Assembly (NCBI GenBank): GCA_016124905.1
Contig: WGMV01000002.1
Coordinates: forward strand, 1,257 to 65,256
Direction: 5' to 3'
Source: a bacterium
Lineage (GTDB): Bacteria > Pseudomonadota > Alphaproteobacteria > Rickettsiales > RI-342
Length of the DNA stretch: 64,000 nt
Shown piece after piece: positions 40,167 through 48,975 of this stretch. The position numbers and the translations under genes were made by a program. Positions within the stretch are counted from its first letter, which is position 1, and each line of letters opens with the position of its first letter. The notes under the pieces were generated by a model, which saw only the letters and a program-made list of their open reading frames with translations, ran no database searches and was not told where the DNA came from.

Positions 40167-42524
40167 CTATCTATTGTAAACGGGCTGCCCATTATAGGGC
40201 TGCTGGTACTGCCCCTGATACGGCAATTGCGCGGGCATCGGCGTATAAGCCTGCTGCTGCATCACCGGCTGAAGTGGCGGCTGATAAGCGGGAGTATAGA
40301 CCTGCGGCGCATAGCCCTGCTGCGTCGGCGGCACAAAATTAGGCTGCGAGATGTAACTTTCCTTCCTCGCGGGCGGCAGATCGTAAGACTGCACATAAGC
40401 CGCGCCGCCTCCGTTGGAAATCAGCGGCGGCAAGCTCTCTTGCTGATATTGATAGCTCTGCTGCTGATACACGGGCTGCGGCGCCGCATAAGGCGCCTGC
40501 ATGGGCGGCGCATAGCGCTGCGGCGGCTGATAGCCCTGTGGCACCGCCCCCAGCGATTGCGGCGGCGCATACCCCTGCTGCGGCACGGGCGCCTGGTAAC
40601 GTGGCGCAGGCTGCGGAGCGGCCATCAGCGGCGCGGGATAGGACTGGCGCTGCGGCGCATAGGCCTGCGGCTGCTGATAATAGGTCGGCGGCGGCGCATA
40701 ATAAGGCTGCTGCTGATAGCCATAATAAGGGCGATAGACCGGTTGTGGCGGCGGTGGCGGCAACAGACGATTCGCCAGTTCCTGAAAGCCGTAATACTGC
40801 GCGTAATAACCCGGCGTGAAGCCACGATCATCCACCTTGTTCTTATCCGCGCCGTTATTGGTCAGCAAATCCACCATGTCGCTATTGCCCTTGGCGGCGG
40901 CGATATGCAGCGCCGTCTGCCCCTGCTGCATGGGCAGGTTAGGGTTGGCCCCTGCCTTCAGCAAAAGGCTGGCCACTTCCACATGCCCCGCATTCACCGC
41001 ATAGGCCAGCGGCGTGCGCCCTTCCTGATCGCTCTCATCCACCCGCGCCTTGTTCTTGATCATGAGTTTGGCGATATCGGTATTGCCGTTATTGGCGGCA
41101 AAATGCAGCGCCGTCATACCGTGGCTGTCCTGCGCATCCGGGTCGAGTTTCTGCGACAGCAGAAAATTCGCCGCCAGCATGTTGCCGCGCTTGAGCGCAC
41201 GCAGCACGGGCGGGTTGCCCGCCTCGTCAATCTGGTTGCCGTCAAACCCCTGTGCGAACAAAGCCTGCAATGCGCCAGTATCGTTTCGGTCGATGGCGGT
41301 GAAATACATATGCTCCAACTGGCGCGACAATTTCCGCCCACCGGGAATCGGCGCCGTGCTCTTGCGTTTATAATCCTCGGGGTTCAGCTGCGGGCGCGGT
41401 GGCGGGGTGCTGTCCTCTTCCTCAAATTCATCATCATAGCCCATGCCCGACACCCGGCCTTTATTATCGGCCTCGTCCAGCATCTTCAGGGCCTTGTCGA
41501 TATTGGGGTCGCCGCTGTCCAGCGTATCGGTTTTGCCATTGCCGCCATTCGGCCCTTTGATGGCAAACATCGGCGCAATACGGCCCGATGCATCCACCGG
41601 CTTATCCGGCAGTTGCACAGGTGGCAATCCAGCCTTGCTGCTTGCTTTGCCAGCTGCTGCATCGGTCATGCCGGGCAAGGGCGGCAAGCCTGCGGGTTCC
41701 GTCGCCATCGTCGGCAGAGGGGGCAGATCTTTCGCAACCGTGGTGGTGGTGGTCTGGGTAGCCGCAGCGGGCGCGGCACCGGCCACCACGGGCTTAACGG
41801 TTTTGGTGGTGGTGGTCGTAACGGTTTGCGTTTTGACGGATTTGGTGGGCACCGGGGCAGCAGGCGCTGTCGGCAAGGGCGGAAGGTCCAGCGTGGGAGC
41901 GGCCGCTGCCTTGGCTGGTGCTGCGGTTTTGGCAGGTGGTAATGGCGGCGGCATATCGTCCACTGGCACGGCAACGGCTTTAACCGTCGTCTGGGTGGTT
42001 TGCACCGTTGTTTTGGCGGGCGGCAGCGGCGGCGGCATGTCATCCACCGGCACGGCCTGAGCCTTCACACTGGCGGATGCGCCCTTTGCGGGCGGCAACG
42101 GAGGAGGCAGATCATCCAGCTCGGTCGGCTGCGTCTTGGCCGGGGCCGTTTTAGCGGGCGGCAATGGCGGCATATCAGCGGCAACCACGCTGGTCTTGGT
42201 CGTCGTGGTAGCGGTGCTGGTCACCTTGGCGGCCGCCGCCTTATCCGGAGGCAGCTTCTGAAAAAGATCGTTGATGTCCTTGTCATCGGCGGCTTTTCGC
42301 GCGGCCTTGTCCGGCACGGGCGGTGGCAATGCCGAAGCCGACGGAAGCTCCAGCGCCGGCATGGGCGGCATTTCTGGCAGTTCCACGCTGGCGGCATCAC
42401 TGGCGTTGGGCAGCGGTGGCAACCCTCCCGTTCCCTGTGCAAACGCACTGGAACATGACAAGGCCGCAAGGCTCACCCAAAGGCCTGTGATGATATATTG
42501 GCTGAATGTGCCGTGGCCCGCCAC
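40167..42524 (-). CDS. exported proline-rich / ankyrin-repeat protein with Q/Y/P-rich C-terminal tail (785 aa)
   Basis: Signal-like N-terminus ...LAALSCSSAFA-QG. It has more than 10 (L/M)PP(L/P/M)P motifs, including three near-identical DD(M/L)PPPLPPAK units. ANK consensus repeats are present (GMTALHFAANNGNTDIAKLMIKNKA, GRTPLAYAVNAGHVEVASLLLKAGA, GQTALHIAAAKGNSDMVDLLTNNGA). The last 199 aa are almost only Q, P, Y and A. Confidence 0.85.
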   Translation of the reverse strand: MAGHGTFSQYIITGLWVSLAALSCSSAFAQGTGGLPPLPNASDAASVELPEMPPMPALELPSASALPPPVPDKAARKAADDKDINDLFQKLPPDKAAAAKVTSTATTTTKTSVVAADMPPLPPAKTAPAKTQPTELDDLPPPLPPAKGASASVKAQAVPVDDMPPPLPPAKTTVQTTQTTVKAVAVPVDDMPPPLPPAKTAAPAKAAAAPTLDLPPLPTAPAAPVPTKSVKTQTVTTTTTKTVKPVVAGAAPAAATQTTTTTVAKDLPPLPTMATEPAGLPPLPGMTDAAAGKASSKAGLPPVQLPDKPVDASGRIAPMFAIKGPNGGNGKTDTLDSGDPNIDKALKMLDEADNKGRVSGMGYDDEFEEEDSTPPPRPQLNPEDYKRKSTAPIPGGRKLSRQLEHMYFTAIDRNDTGALQALFAQGFDGNQIDEAGNPPVLRALKRGNMLAANFLLSQKLDPDAQDSHGMTALHFAANNGNTDIAKLMIKNKARVDESDQEGRTPLAYAVNAGHVEVASLLLKAGANPNLPMQQGQTALHIAAAKGNSDMVDLLTNNGADKNKVDDRGFTPGYYAQYYGFQELANRLLPPPPPQPVYRPYYGYQQQPYYAPPPTYYQQPQAYAPQRQSYPAPLMAAPQPAPRYQAPVPQQGYAPPQSLGAVPQGYQPPQRYAPPMQAPYAAPQPVYQQQSYQYQQESLPPLISNGGGAAYVQSYDLPPARKESYISQPNFVPPTQQGYAPQVYTPAYQPPLQPVMQQQAYTPMPAQLPYQGQYQQPYNGQPVYNR

Positions 42525-42536
42525 AATTCCCCCTGC

Positions 42537-43370
42537 TTAACGGGGTATCAGTTTGCGCAGCTCATCGCGGACGATGCGCTCTACCGTGGCTGGCAGATTG
42601 GCCTCAAACCAGTCCTTGATCAACGGTTGCAATGCCTCGATCAGCAAATCCTCCACCGTGGTGCCGCTGCGGGTCACCAGACCGCTATGAACCGGCTGCG
42701 CCTCTTCATTCTGGTGCGGAAGCGTATCGATGAACTCCTTGAAAGCACTGCTCACATTGGCGGCAGCCTGGGGCGACAGCAAGCCCCGTTCTTCCTGTTC
42801 ATCCATGGACAGATCCTTGGCAGGTTGGTCTTCTTCATCCGTCTCGTCCAGTCCGGCATTTTCGAGCATGGAAATATCCATGTCCTTGAAATCATCAGCC
42901 CCGGATTCTTCGTGGATGTCCTCTTCGTGAATTTCCTCTTCCGCTTCAACGCTTGAAGGCGCTTCCTCATCCACCATTTCAAGCTCAACGGGCATTTCAT
43001 CCGCCACCATGGGCGTGGCCTCTTCGGCAATCACCTCATCAATCGGCTCCGCGATATCCTCTTCACCACCGGAAACGGACAACGGCTCGTCGGATTCAAT
43101 GGCTTTGGTAATGGCATCGATATCGGCCAGAATATCATGCGAATCATCGGGGGTGGAAATATCCGGCTCCATCACCATGTCGGTGAGTTCGAGCACATCC
43201 TCTTCTTCGGCCGAGGCATCGATTGATTCCGGCACTGCGTCAACGGGCGCCGCTGTGTCGGCAGCCCCTTCAGGAGAACCCCCTGCAGGCCCATCTTCCG
43301 CAATAATGCGTTTGATGGACTGAAGAATTTCTTCCATGGTTGGGTCTTGTTGCAGCTTGTCGTCAGCCAT
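42537..43370 (-). CDS. popZ: PopZ-like pole-organizing protein (DUF2497)
   Basis: The N-terminal DPTMEEILQSIKRIIAED matches the PopZ N-terminal helix. A long acidic, Pro/Glu-rich linker follows. The C-terminal TVEDLLIEALQPLIKDWFEANLPATVERIVRDELRKL matches the DUF2497 oligomerisation domain. Confidence 0.75.
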   Translation of the reverse strand: MADDKLQQDPTMEEILQSIKRIIAEDGPAGGSPEGAADTAAPVDAVPESIDASAEEEDVLELTDMVMEPDISTPDDSHDILADIDAITKAIESDEPLSVSGGEEDIAEPIDEVIAEEATPMVADEMPVELEMVDEEAPSSVEAEEEIHEEDIHEESGADDFKDMDISMLENAGLDETDEEDQPAKDLSMDEQEERGLLSPQAAANVSSAFKEFIDTLPHQNEEAQPVHSGLVTRSGTTVEDLLIEALQPLIKDWFEANLPATVERIVRDELRKLIPR

Positions 43371-43501
43371 GCCCAGCCACCATTTACCTTTCGCCTGCGA
43401 ACCAGGCCGCTAAACGGCCTGCGTTCTTCCCCATGTTTACACCACATGGGCAGGATAGCAAATGGACCTGCCAAATACAATCATTTGTTATAGGCTTAGG
43501 G

Positions 43502-44884
43502 TTAGAACCCCAACATTTTGTGGCTGTTGTTGTCGTAATACTCTTCGGGGTCATAGCGCTGCACGGCCAGATTCAAGGCTTCAGCGGTAAATTGGCCAAG
43601 CAGCGCGGCCAGTGTATATTCCGCCACGGCCTCGTCACGCTCGGCAGATACCTGGTCCACCTCTGCCTGAAAAAGCTCGCGCTCGGCATCCAGCACATCC
43701 AGCGTGGTGCGCGCACCGTATAGCTGCTCCTGCTGAACGCCGTCCAGCGCCACTTTCGCAGCATCCACCGCCTCTTTGTTCGCCTCAATGGAGGCACGGG
43801 TGGAATTCAGGCGCTCCCACGCACTCACCACAGCTTCGCGCACACGGTTATTCGTATCCATTGCCGTCAGCTTGGCCTGCTCGCGCTGACGCTTGGCCTG
43901 CCGTGTCTTTGAATAGGCCGAGCCGGATTCATACAGCGGAATATTGAAATTGAGCGCAATCGTATCGTTGCGCACATCCGTGCCCGCGCCCAGGAACACA
44001 TTCCCTTCCTGACGCTGCGCCGTTGCATCCAGCGAAACGGATGGCAACAGCTGCGACCGCTGAACGCCTACATTCTTATCCGCCGCCTCTGCCTGAAACG
44101 CGCGCTGCTTCAGCACGGGGTTCTGCTTGAGGGCGACATCCACAGCCTCTTCAATCGTGCCGGGCAGTTTGATATCCGGCAATTCGTCGGAAAGAACGGG
44201 CGACGCCGGCTTGCGGACGATACGCTCGAAATTCGCCTCGGCGGCGGCCTGGTCGGCCTGCGCCTGCGTCTGGTTGGCCTGCGCGGTTGCCAGGCGGGCC
44301 TGGGCCTGGGCGGTGTCGGTGCGCGTCACTTCGCCCACCTCGAAACGCTCATTGGTCGCATCCAGGTGCTTGCGCAGCACATCCAGGTTTTTTTTGCTGA
44401 GATCCATCACGCGGCGGGTGCGGATCACATCCGCATAAGCCGTTGCGGCATCCAGCAGCACGCTTTGCTCGGTGCCCCTGAGTTGCTCACGCCCGGCGGC
44501 GGAATTCTCTTTTGCCTGCTGATAACTGTAATAGCTGCCAAACCCGTTGAACAAGGGCTGGCTGGCCTGCAGCGAACGCACATCCGTGGTGCCGTACGAG
44601 AACGCGCCGGAACCGCGTTTGATACGTTGATTCCCGCGCGAATAATCCGCCGAAACGGACGGACGGAACTGCGAGAACGCCTGGTTCACATTCTCATCCG
44701 TGGCCTTCAGCCCTTCACGCCCGGAGGAAAGCTCGGGGTTGAACGTGTAGGTATGCGCCAGCGCATCGGCAAAGTTATTTACCGGTTCCTCGGCATGGGC
44801 CACCAGGGGAAGCGTTGCGCACCCCACGGCCAGCAGCCCCAGCATGAATCGGCGATGAAAGAGAGAAGCTGAACGGCGTATCAA
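43502..44884 (-). CDS. tolC: TolC-family outer-membrane efflux protein
   Basis: Signal peptide ...LPLVAHA-EE and two tandem OEP repeats (460 aa). The TTG start overlaps the pcm stop (TTGA). Confidence 0.85.
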   Translation of the reverse strand: MIRRSASLFHRRFMLGLLAVGCATLPLVAHAEEPVNNFADALAHTYTFNPELSSGREGLKATDENVNQAFSQFRPSVSADYSRGNQRIKRGSGAFSYGTTDVRSLQASQPLFNGFGSYYSYQQAKENSAAGREQLRGTEQSVLLDAATAYADVIRTRRVMDLSKKNLDVLRKHLDATNERFEVGEVTRTDTAQAQARLATAQANQTQAQADQAAAEANFERIVRKPASPVLSDELPDIKLPGTIEEAVDVALKQNPVLKQRAFQAEAADKNVGVQRSQLLPSVSLDATAQRQEGNVFLGAGTDVRNDTIALNFNIPLYESGSAYSKTRQAKRQREQAKLTAMDTNNRVREAVVSAWERLNSTRASIEANKEAVDAAKVALDGVQQEQLYGARTTLDVLDAERELFQAEVDQVSAERDEAVAEYTLAALLGQFTAEALNLAVQRYDPEEYYDNNSHKMLGF

Positions 44885-45543
44885 AACACGAACTCCTGAT
44901 GTTTCTCCAGCCCTGGCAGCACGCGAACCGCGGCATCGTAAGCATCGCGATACGTCACCACGCCATCCGCCTTCACCCCTTGAACCATGCGGGCGAAACG
45001 GCCGGAATCCTTTTTATAGATAATGGCGGCAATGCGGCCGCCTTCCTTCAATTGCTCCTCAAGCGCCTGGGGCACCTGATGCGCGCCGCCATTGATGATG
45101 ATGGCATCAAACAGCGTTTTGGCATCCACGCCATGCGCCAGGCTGCCCACCGTCACCTCAACATTCTGACGTCCCAGCCTGCGCAGTTGGCTGACGGCAT
45201 GGGCGGCCAGCTGTTCATTGCATTCCAGCGCCACCACGTGTCTAGCCAGATGCGAAGCCAGCGCGGCGGAATATCCCGTGGCGCAGCCCACATCCAGCAC
45301 CGTGTCCTCTGCGTCGATTTCGGCCAGCTGAAGCAGACGGGCCTGAGCCAGGGGCTCCAGCAGGTAGCGCGCATCCAGCCCATGCCCCAGCGGCAGGTCA
45401 TGGTCCGCATAGGCCAGGCTTTGATATTCGGCGGGGATGAATGGCTCGCGCGGCAGCTCACCCATCACGTCCAGAATACGCTTATCCGTGATTCCGGAAG
45501 TGGCCAGCTGCTGCGATACCATATTGATACGCGCCTGCTGCAT
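44881..45543 (-). CDS. pcm: protein-L-isoaspartate O-methyltransferase family protein
   Basis: SAM-binding VLDVGCATGYSAA and conserved alphaproteobacterial pcm-tolC adjacency. I take the start at MQQARINM (ATG 45543). Confidence 0.78.
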   Translation of the reverse strand: MQQARINMVSQQLATSGITDKRILDVMGELPREPFIPAEYQSLAYADHDLPLGHGLDARYLLEPLAQARLLQLAEIDAEDTVLDVGCATGYSAALASHLARHVVALECNEQLAAHAVSQLRRLGRQNVEVTVGSLAHGVDAKTLFDAIIINGGAHQVPQALEEQLKEGGRIAAIIYKKDSGRFARMVQGVKADGVVTYRDAYDAAVRVLPGLEKHQEFVF

Positions 45544-45680
45544 GGTCTGTGAACGTAAGGCGGACACCGGCGTCTCCCCAAATTTGTGCGTTGCGGTATG
45601 GCATAGATAGGCCTGCTTTCCCACCGCTTCAATGGGGATTATCAGCAAAACATTACCAAAAGATTGCAGTTAGGCCGCGT

Positions 45681-46667
45681 TCAGCGGTTTAAGTGATACA
45701 TTTTGTACCAGTCCACGAATGCCGGAATCCCCTGAGAAATCGACGTTTTTGGCGAAAAACCGAAATCCCGCCGGCTGGCCTCGATATCGGCATAGGTATC
45801 CTGCACATCGCCGGGTTGCATGGGTTGCATGCGCAACTGCGCCTTGATGCCGATGGCCTTTTCCAGTTCAGCAATGAAATCCGTCAGTTTTTCGCTGCGG
45901 TGGTTGCCAAGGTTGTAAACCCGGTGGCGCACACTGTCTTTTTCTTCCGGCGGGCGCCCCAGCACCGCCATGAGCCCGTTGATAATATCGTCGATGAACG
46001 TAAAATCGCGCCGCATATCGCCATGATTATACACGTCGATCGGCTTACCCTGCGTAATGGCCTGCGTGAATTTCCACGCCGCCATGTCGGGCCTGCCCCA
46101 TGGGCCATATACCGTGAAAAATCGCAGCCCTGTGGCAGGTATGCCGTAAAGGCGGCTATAGCAATCCGCCATTAGTTCGGTCGCTTTTTTGGTGGCGGCA
46201 TAAAGCGACACCGGATGATCCACCGGGTCCTCCACCGAAAAAGGCAGCTTTTTGTTCGCCCCGTAAACCGAGCTCGAACTCGCATAGGCCAGATGCGCCT
46301 GCGGCCCCAGAGCCCGGCACAATTCCAGCATGTTCAGTGTGCCGTCCACATTCGCTTTCGTGTAGGCCCTCGGCGCTTCCAGCGAATAACGCACCCCCGG
46401 CTGCGCCGCCAGATGCGCAATCGCCTCCACCTCTCCTGCCGCCTTCAGCAAAAGGTCAAAGCTTGCTTCATCGGCGATATCCGCCTTGATGAAAGTGAAA
46501 TCCCCGCCCAGCTTTTCCAGCTCCGCCAGGCGCGCCTGCTTCAAGCGTGGGTCGTAATAAGCATTCAGGTTATCCACGCCGATCACGCGCACACCCTGCT
46601 CCAGCAGCCGTTTGCTCAGATGAAAGCCGATAAACCCGGCCGCTCCCGTCACCAGCACCGGCTTCAT
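45681..46667 (-). CDS. NAD-dependent epimerase (UDP-glucuronate 4-epimerase-like)
   Basis: MKPVLVTGAAGFIGFHL, YAATKKATE (YxxxK), and a dinucleotide-sugar epimerase C-terminal block. ATG 46667 overlaps the upstream stop (ATGA). Confidence 0.85.
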   Translation of the reverse strand: MKPVLVTGAAGFIGFHLSKRLLEQGVRVIGVDNLNAYYDPRLKQARLAELEKLGGDFTFIKADIADEASFDLLLKAAGEVEAIAHLAAQPGVRYSLEAPRAYTKANVDGTLNMLELCRALGPQAHLAYASSSSVYGANKKLPFSVEDPVDHPVSLYAATKKATELMADCYSRLYGIPATGLRFFTVYGPWGRPDMAAWKFTQAITQGKPIDVYNHGDMRRDFTFIDDIINGLMAVLGRPPEEKDSVRHRVYNLGNHRSEKLTDFIAELEKAIGIKAQLRMQPMQPGDVQDTYADIEASRRDFGFSPKTSISQGIPAFVDWYKMYHLNR

Positions 46668-47518
46668 ATAGCCTCCAGCCGCGAGGTCGCCCGGGTAGCC
46701 AGCCACAAAAGCGAACGATGAAACGTCGGCGCGGCCTGTTGCAGGCGCGGCATCACCCAGTTCCACCATTGGCCAATGCTTTCCGGCGGCAGAGCAACCG
46801 CGGCGGGTAACGTCACCAGCGTAACGGGGTTACCGTTTTGCGCGTAATACCAGGCCAGCGCGTTCAGGGCCGCACCATGCGGTACGCCCTGAGCCGCCCG
46901 TTCAAACGGCACATCCACTCCCTTGGGCCACATCATGGCCAGCAGCGACGGCAACGCCGCACGTCCATCCTGCGGCACATGGCGCAGCATGTAACGCGCG
47001 CAATAGCGCCATATCTTCTCGCGCCACCCCGCCAGAATGTGATGCCAGCCATCCTGCACCCGCAGCCCGTTCACACCGCCAGTTTTTTCAACCACCGCCA
47101 GCATTCCTTCCAGCGCGTCCTCCGGCAGGTTGGCATAAGGCGACACCGCCGCCACATAGCGGCCTGCCGCAAGCCTGGCAGCCTCCTGCCATTGCCCTCC
47201 GGCGTCGGCACAGGCGCTTTCCATCACCACCATGCGCTCGCTGTCATCCACCCAGTGATGCCATTGCTCCCGCAAAGCAGGGGGCGCCTTGTGATAAACC
47301 AGAATCACGCTGTGCAGCGACGGCTGCTTGAACAAGGCCTTCACATGTACGCCAAGCCCTTCCATACGGCCGTCGCCAACCGCCAGCACCACCGTCACGC
47401 GGCGGCGCGCCCATTCGGCCTGCGCGGCTTCCAGGCTGGAAAGCCCTTTCAAGGCGCCATCCGCCTGCGCGGGTGGAATCCGGCTTTTCAACCGAAGCAG
47501 CTTGCTGAAAAAACTCAT
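46664..47518 (-). CDS. hypothetical protein with degenerate GT-A (family-2 glycosyltransferase)-like layout
   Basis: The 284-aa ORF is tightly packed between rfbC and the epimerase. It has a beta1-like VTVVLAV, a beta2-like SVILVYH and a GRYVAAVSPYANLPEDAL segment where GT2 enzymes carry G-x-Y-x-x-F-L-D-x-D-D. No DxD is seen. Confidence 0.55.
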   Translation of the reverse strand: MSFFSKLLRLKSRIPPAQADGALKGLSSLEAAQAEWARRRVTVVLAVGDGRMEGLGVHVKALFKQPSLHSVILVYHKAPPALREQWHHWVDDSERMVVMESACADAGGQWQEAARLAAGRYVAAVSPYANLPEDALEGMLAVVEKTGGVNGLRVQDGWHHILAGWREKIWRYCARYMLRHVPQDGRAALPSLLAMMWPKGVDVPFERAAQGVPHGAALNALAWYYAQNGNPVTLVTLPAAVALPPESIGQWWNWVMPRLQQAAPTFHRSLLWLATRATSRLEAI

Positions 47519-48076
47519 CTACTTCCACTCCCGCACCGGGTGCCGGGCGTAATGGTTCCAGGATGGCAACCCGGCATCCTTTTCGGAAACGATCGGGCTG
47601 GAAAGCGGCCACACAATGCCGAGGTCAGGGTCATCCCAACGGATGCCGCCCTCCCCCTTGGCGTTGTAATGGGAATCCACCTTGTAAAACACCTCGGCCT
47701 CTTCCTCGCCCAGCACGCAAAACCCATGCGCCATGCCGCCGGGTACCCACAGAAGCCTGCCGTTTTCCGCGCTCAGTTCCACCGCCACATGCTGGCTGTA
47801 AGTCGGCGAAGCCACCCGCACATCCACCGCCACGTCCCAGATGGCCCCGCGCAGCACGCCCACCAGCTTCCCCTGCGTCGGGTTATGCTGGTAATGCAGC
47901 CCGCGCAGCACATTGGGTTTGGAAAAGGAATGGTTATCCTGCACGAAGGCGTGCGGCAGCCCGGCTTCCTTGAAGGCGCGCGCATTGAAGCGCTCCATGA
48001 ACCAGCCGCGCTCGTCCCGGTGCCGCTGCAGCTCGATGACCTTCACCCCGTCAATGGCCGTGTCGATAACCTTCAT
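47519..48076 (-). CDS. rfbC: dTDP-4-dehydrorhamnose 3,5-epimerase
   Basis: Cupin motifs DERGWFMERF and RGLHYQ...QGKLVGVLRGAIWDVAVDVR. ATG 48076 overlaps the rfbD stop. Confidence 0.9.
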   Translation of the reverse strand: MKVIDTAIDGVKVIELQRHRDERGWFMERFNARAFKEAGLPHAFVQDNHSFSKPNVLRGLHYQHNPTQGKLVGVLRGAIWDVAVDVRVASPTYSQHVAVELSAENGRLLWVPGGMAHGFCVLGEEEAEVFYKVDSHYNAKGEGGIRWDDPDLGIVWPLSSPIVSEKDAGLPSWNHYARHPVREWK

Positions 48077-48975
48077 GCCTTCCCTCCAAGGCTGGCTATA
48101 GCACGGGCAAGCCCGTCCCGCCAATCATCCGGTAAGATGCCGAAAGCCTCGCGAAAGGCGGATATATCCAGCCGGCTGTTCAGCGGCCGCCGCGCGGGCG
48201 TGGCAAACGCGCCGCTGGATACGGCCTCCACGTCGGGAAGCTGCGGGATGAGCCCGGCATTATGCGCCGCCTTCACCATCGCCTCCGCAAACCCGTGGCG
48301 AGACACCTCCCCGCCATGGCAAAGATGATAAAGGCCGGGCGCGGGTGGATTATCGGATAGAATCATTCCAATAGCTTTCACCAGCCACCGCGCCAGGTCC
48401 GGCGCATAACTCGGCGCGCCGATCTGGTCATCCACCACGCGTAATGGCTTGCCTTGTTTTGCCTGCTCCAGAATGGAAGTGAAGAAATTCCGCCTCACCG
48501 CATCATACACCCAGCTCAGGCGAATAATATAATGGCTGCCGCCGGATGCCAGCACCGCCTGCTCTCCCGCCAGTTTGCTTGCTCCATAATAATTGAGCGG
48601 ATGCGCGTCATCCGCCTCCCGCCAGGGCGCCGAACCCGCGCCGTCAAACACATAATCGGTGGAAAAATGCACCAGCGGAATATCCTCCGTGGTTGCCCAC
48701 TCGGCCAGCAGTCCCGGGGCATGCGCATTCACGAGAAAAGCCGCTTCCCGTTCGCTTTCGGCCTTATCCACCTGCGTATAGGCCGCCGCATTCACCACCA
48801 GATCCGGCCGGTAATCCGTCAGCACGCGCAGTGCCGCATCCGGCTCCGCCAGGTCGGCCTGCCCATGGCCGAATCCCTTTGCCTGCTTTCCCAGCAGGGC
48901 GCACAGGGCGCCGCCCAGCTGCCCCCCCGCTCCCAGCACGGCGATGCGTTCAGTCCGCGGGGGCAAAGGCTTCAT
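48073..48975 (-). CDS. rfbD: dTDP-4-dehydrorhamnose reductase
   Basis: VLGAGGQLG Rossmann motif, YGASKLAGE (YxxxK) and STDYVFDG. Confidence 0.88.
   Translation of the reverse strand: MKPLPPRTERIAVLGAGGQLGGALCALLGKQAKGFGHGQADLAEPDAALRVLTDYRPDLVVNAAAYTQVDKAESEREAAFLVNAHAPGLLAEWATTEDIPLVHFSTDYVFDGAGSAPWREADDAHPLNYYGASKLAGEQAVLASGGSHYIIRLSWVYDAVRRNFFTSILEQAKQGKPLRVVDDQIGAPSYAPDLARWLVKAIGMILSDNPPAPGLYHLCHGGEVSRHGFAEAMVKAAHNAGLIPQLPDVEAVSSGAFATPARRPLNSRLDISAFREAFGILPDDWRDGLARAIASLGGKA

Noticed and set aside
41925-42190. Imperfect ~70-85-nt direct repeats were checked as a possible CRISPR array or VNTR.
   Set aside because: They lie inside one continuous reading frame and encode the repeated DDMPPPLPPAK units. 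The spacers are not unique-sequence and the repeats are not palindromic, so this is a coding tandem repeat and not a CRISPR array.
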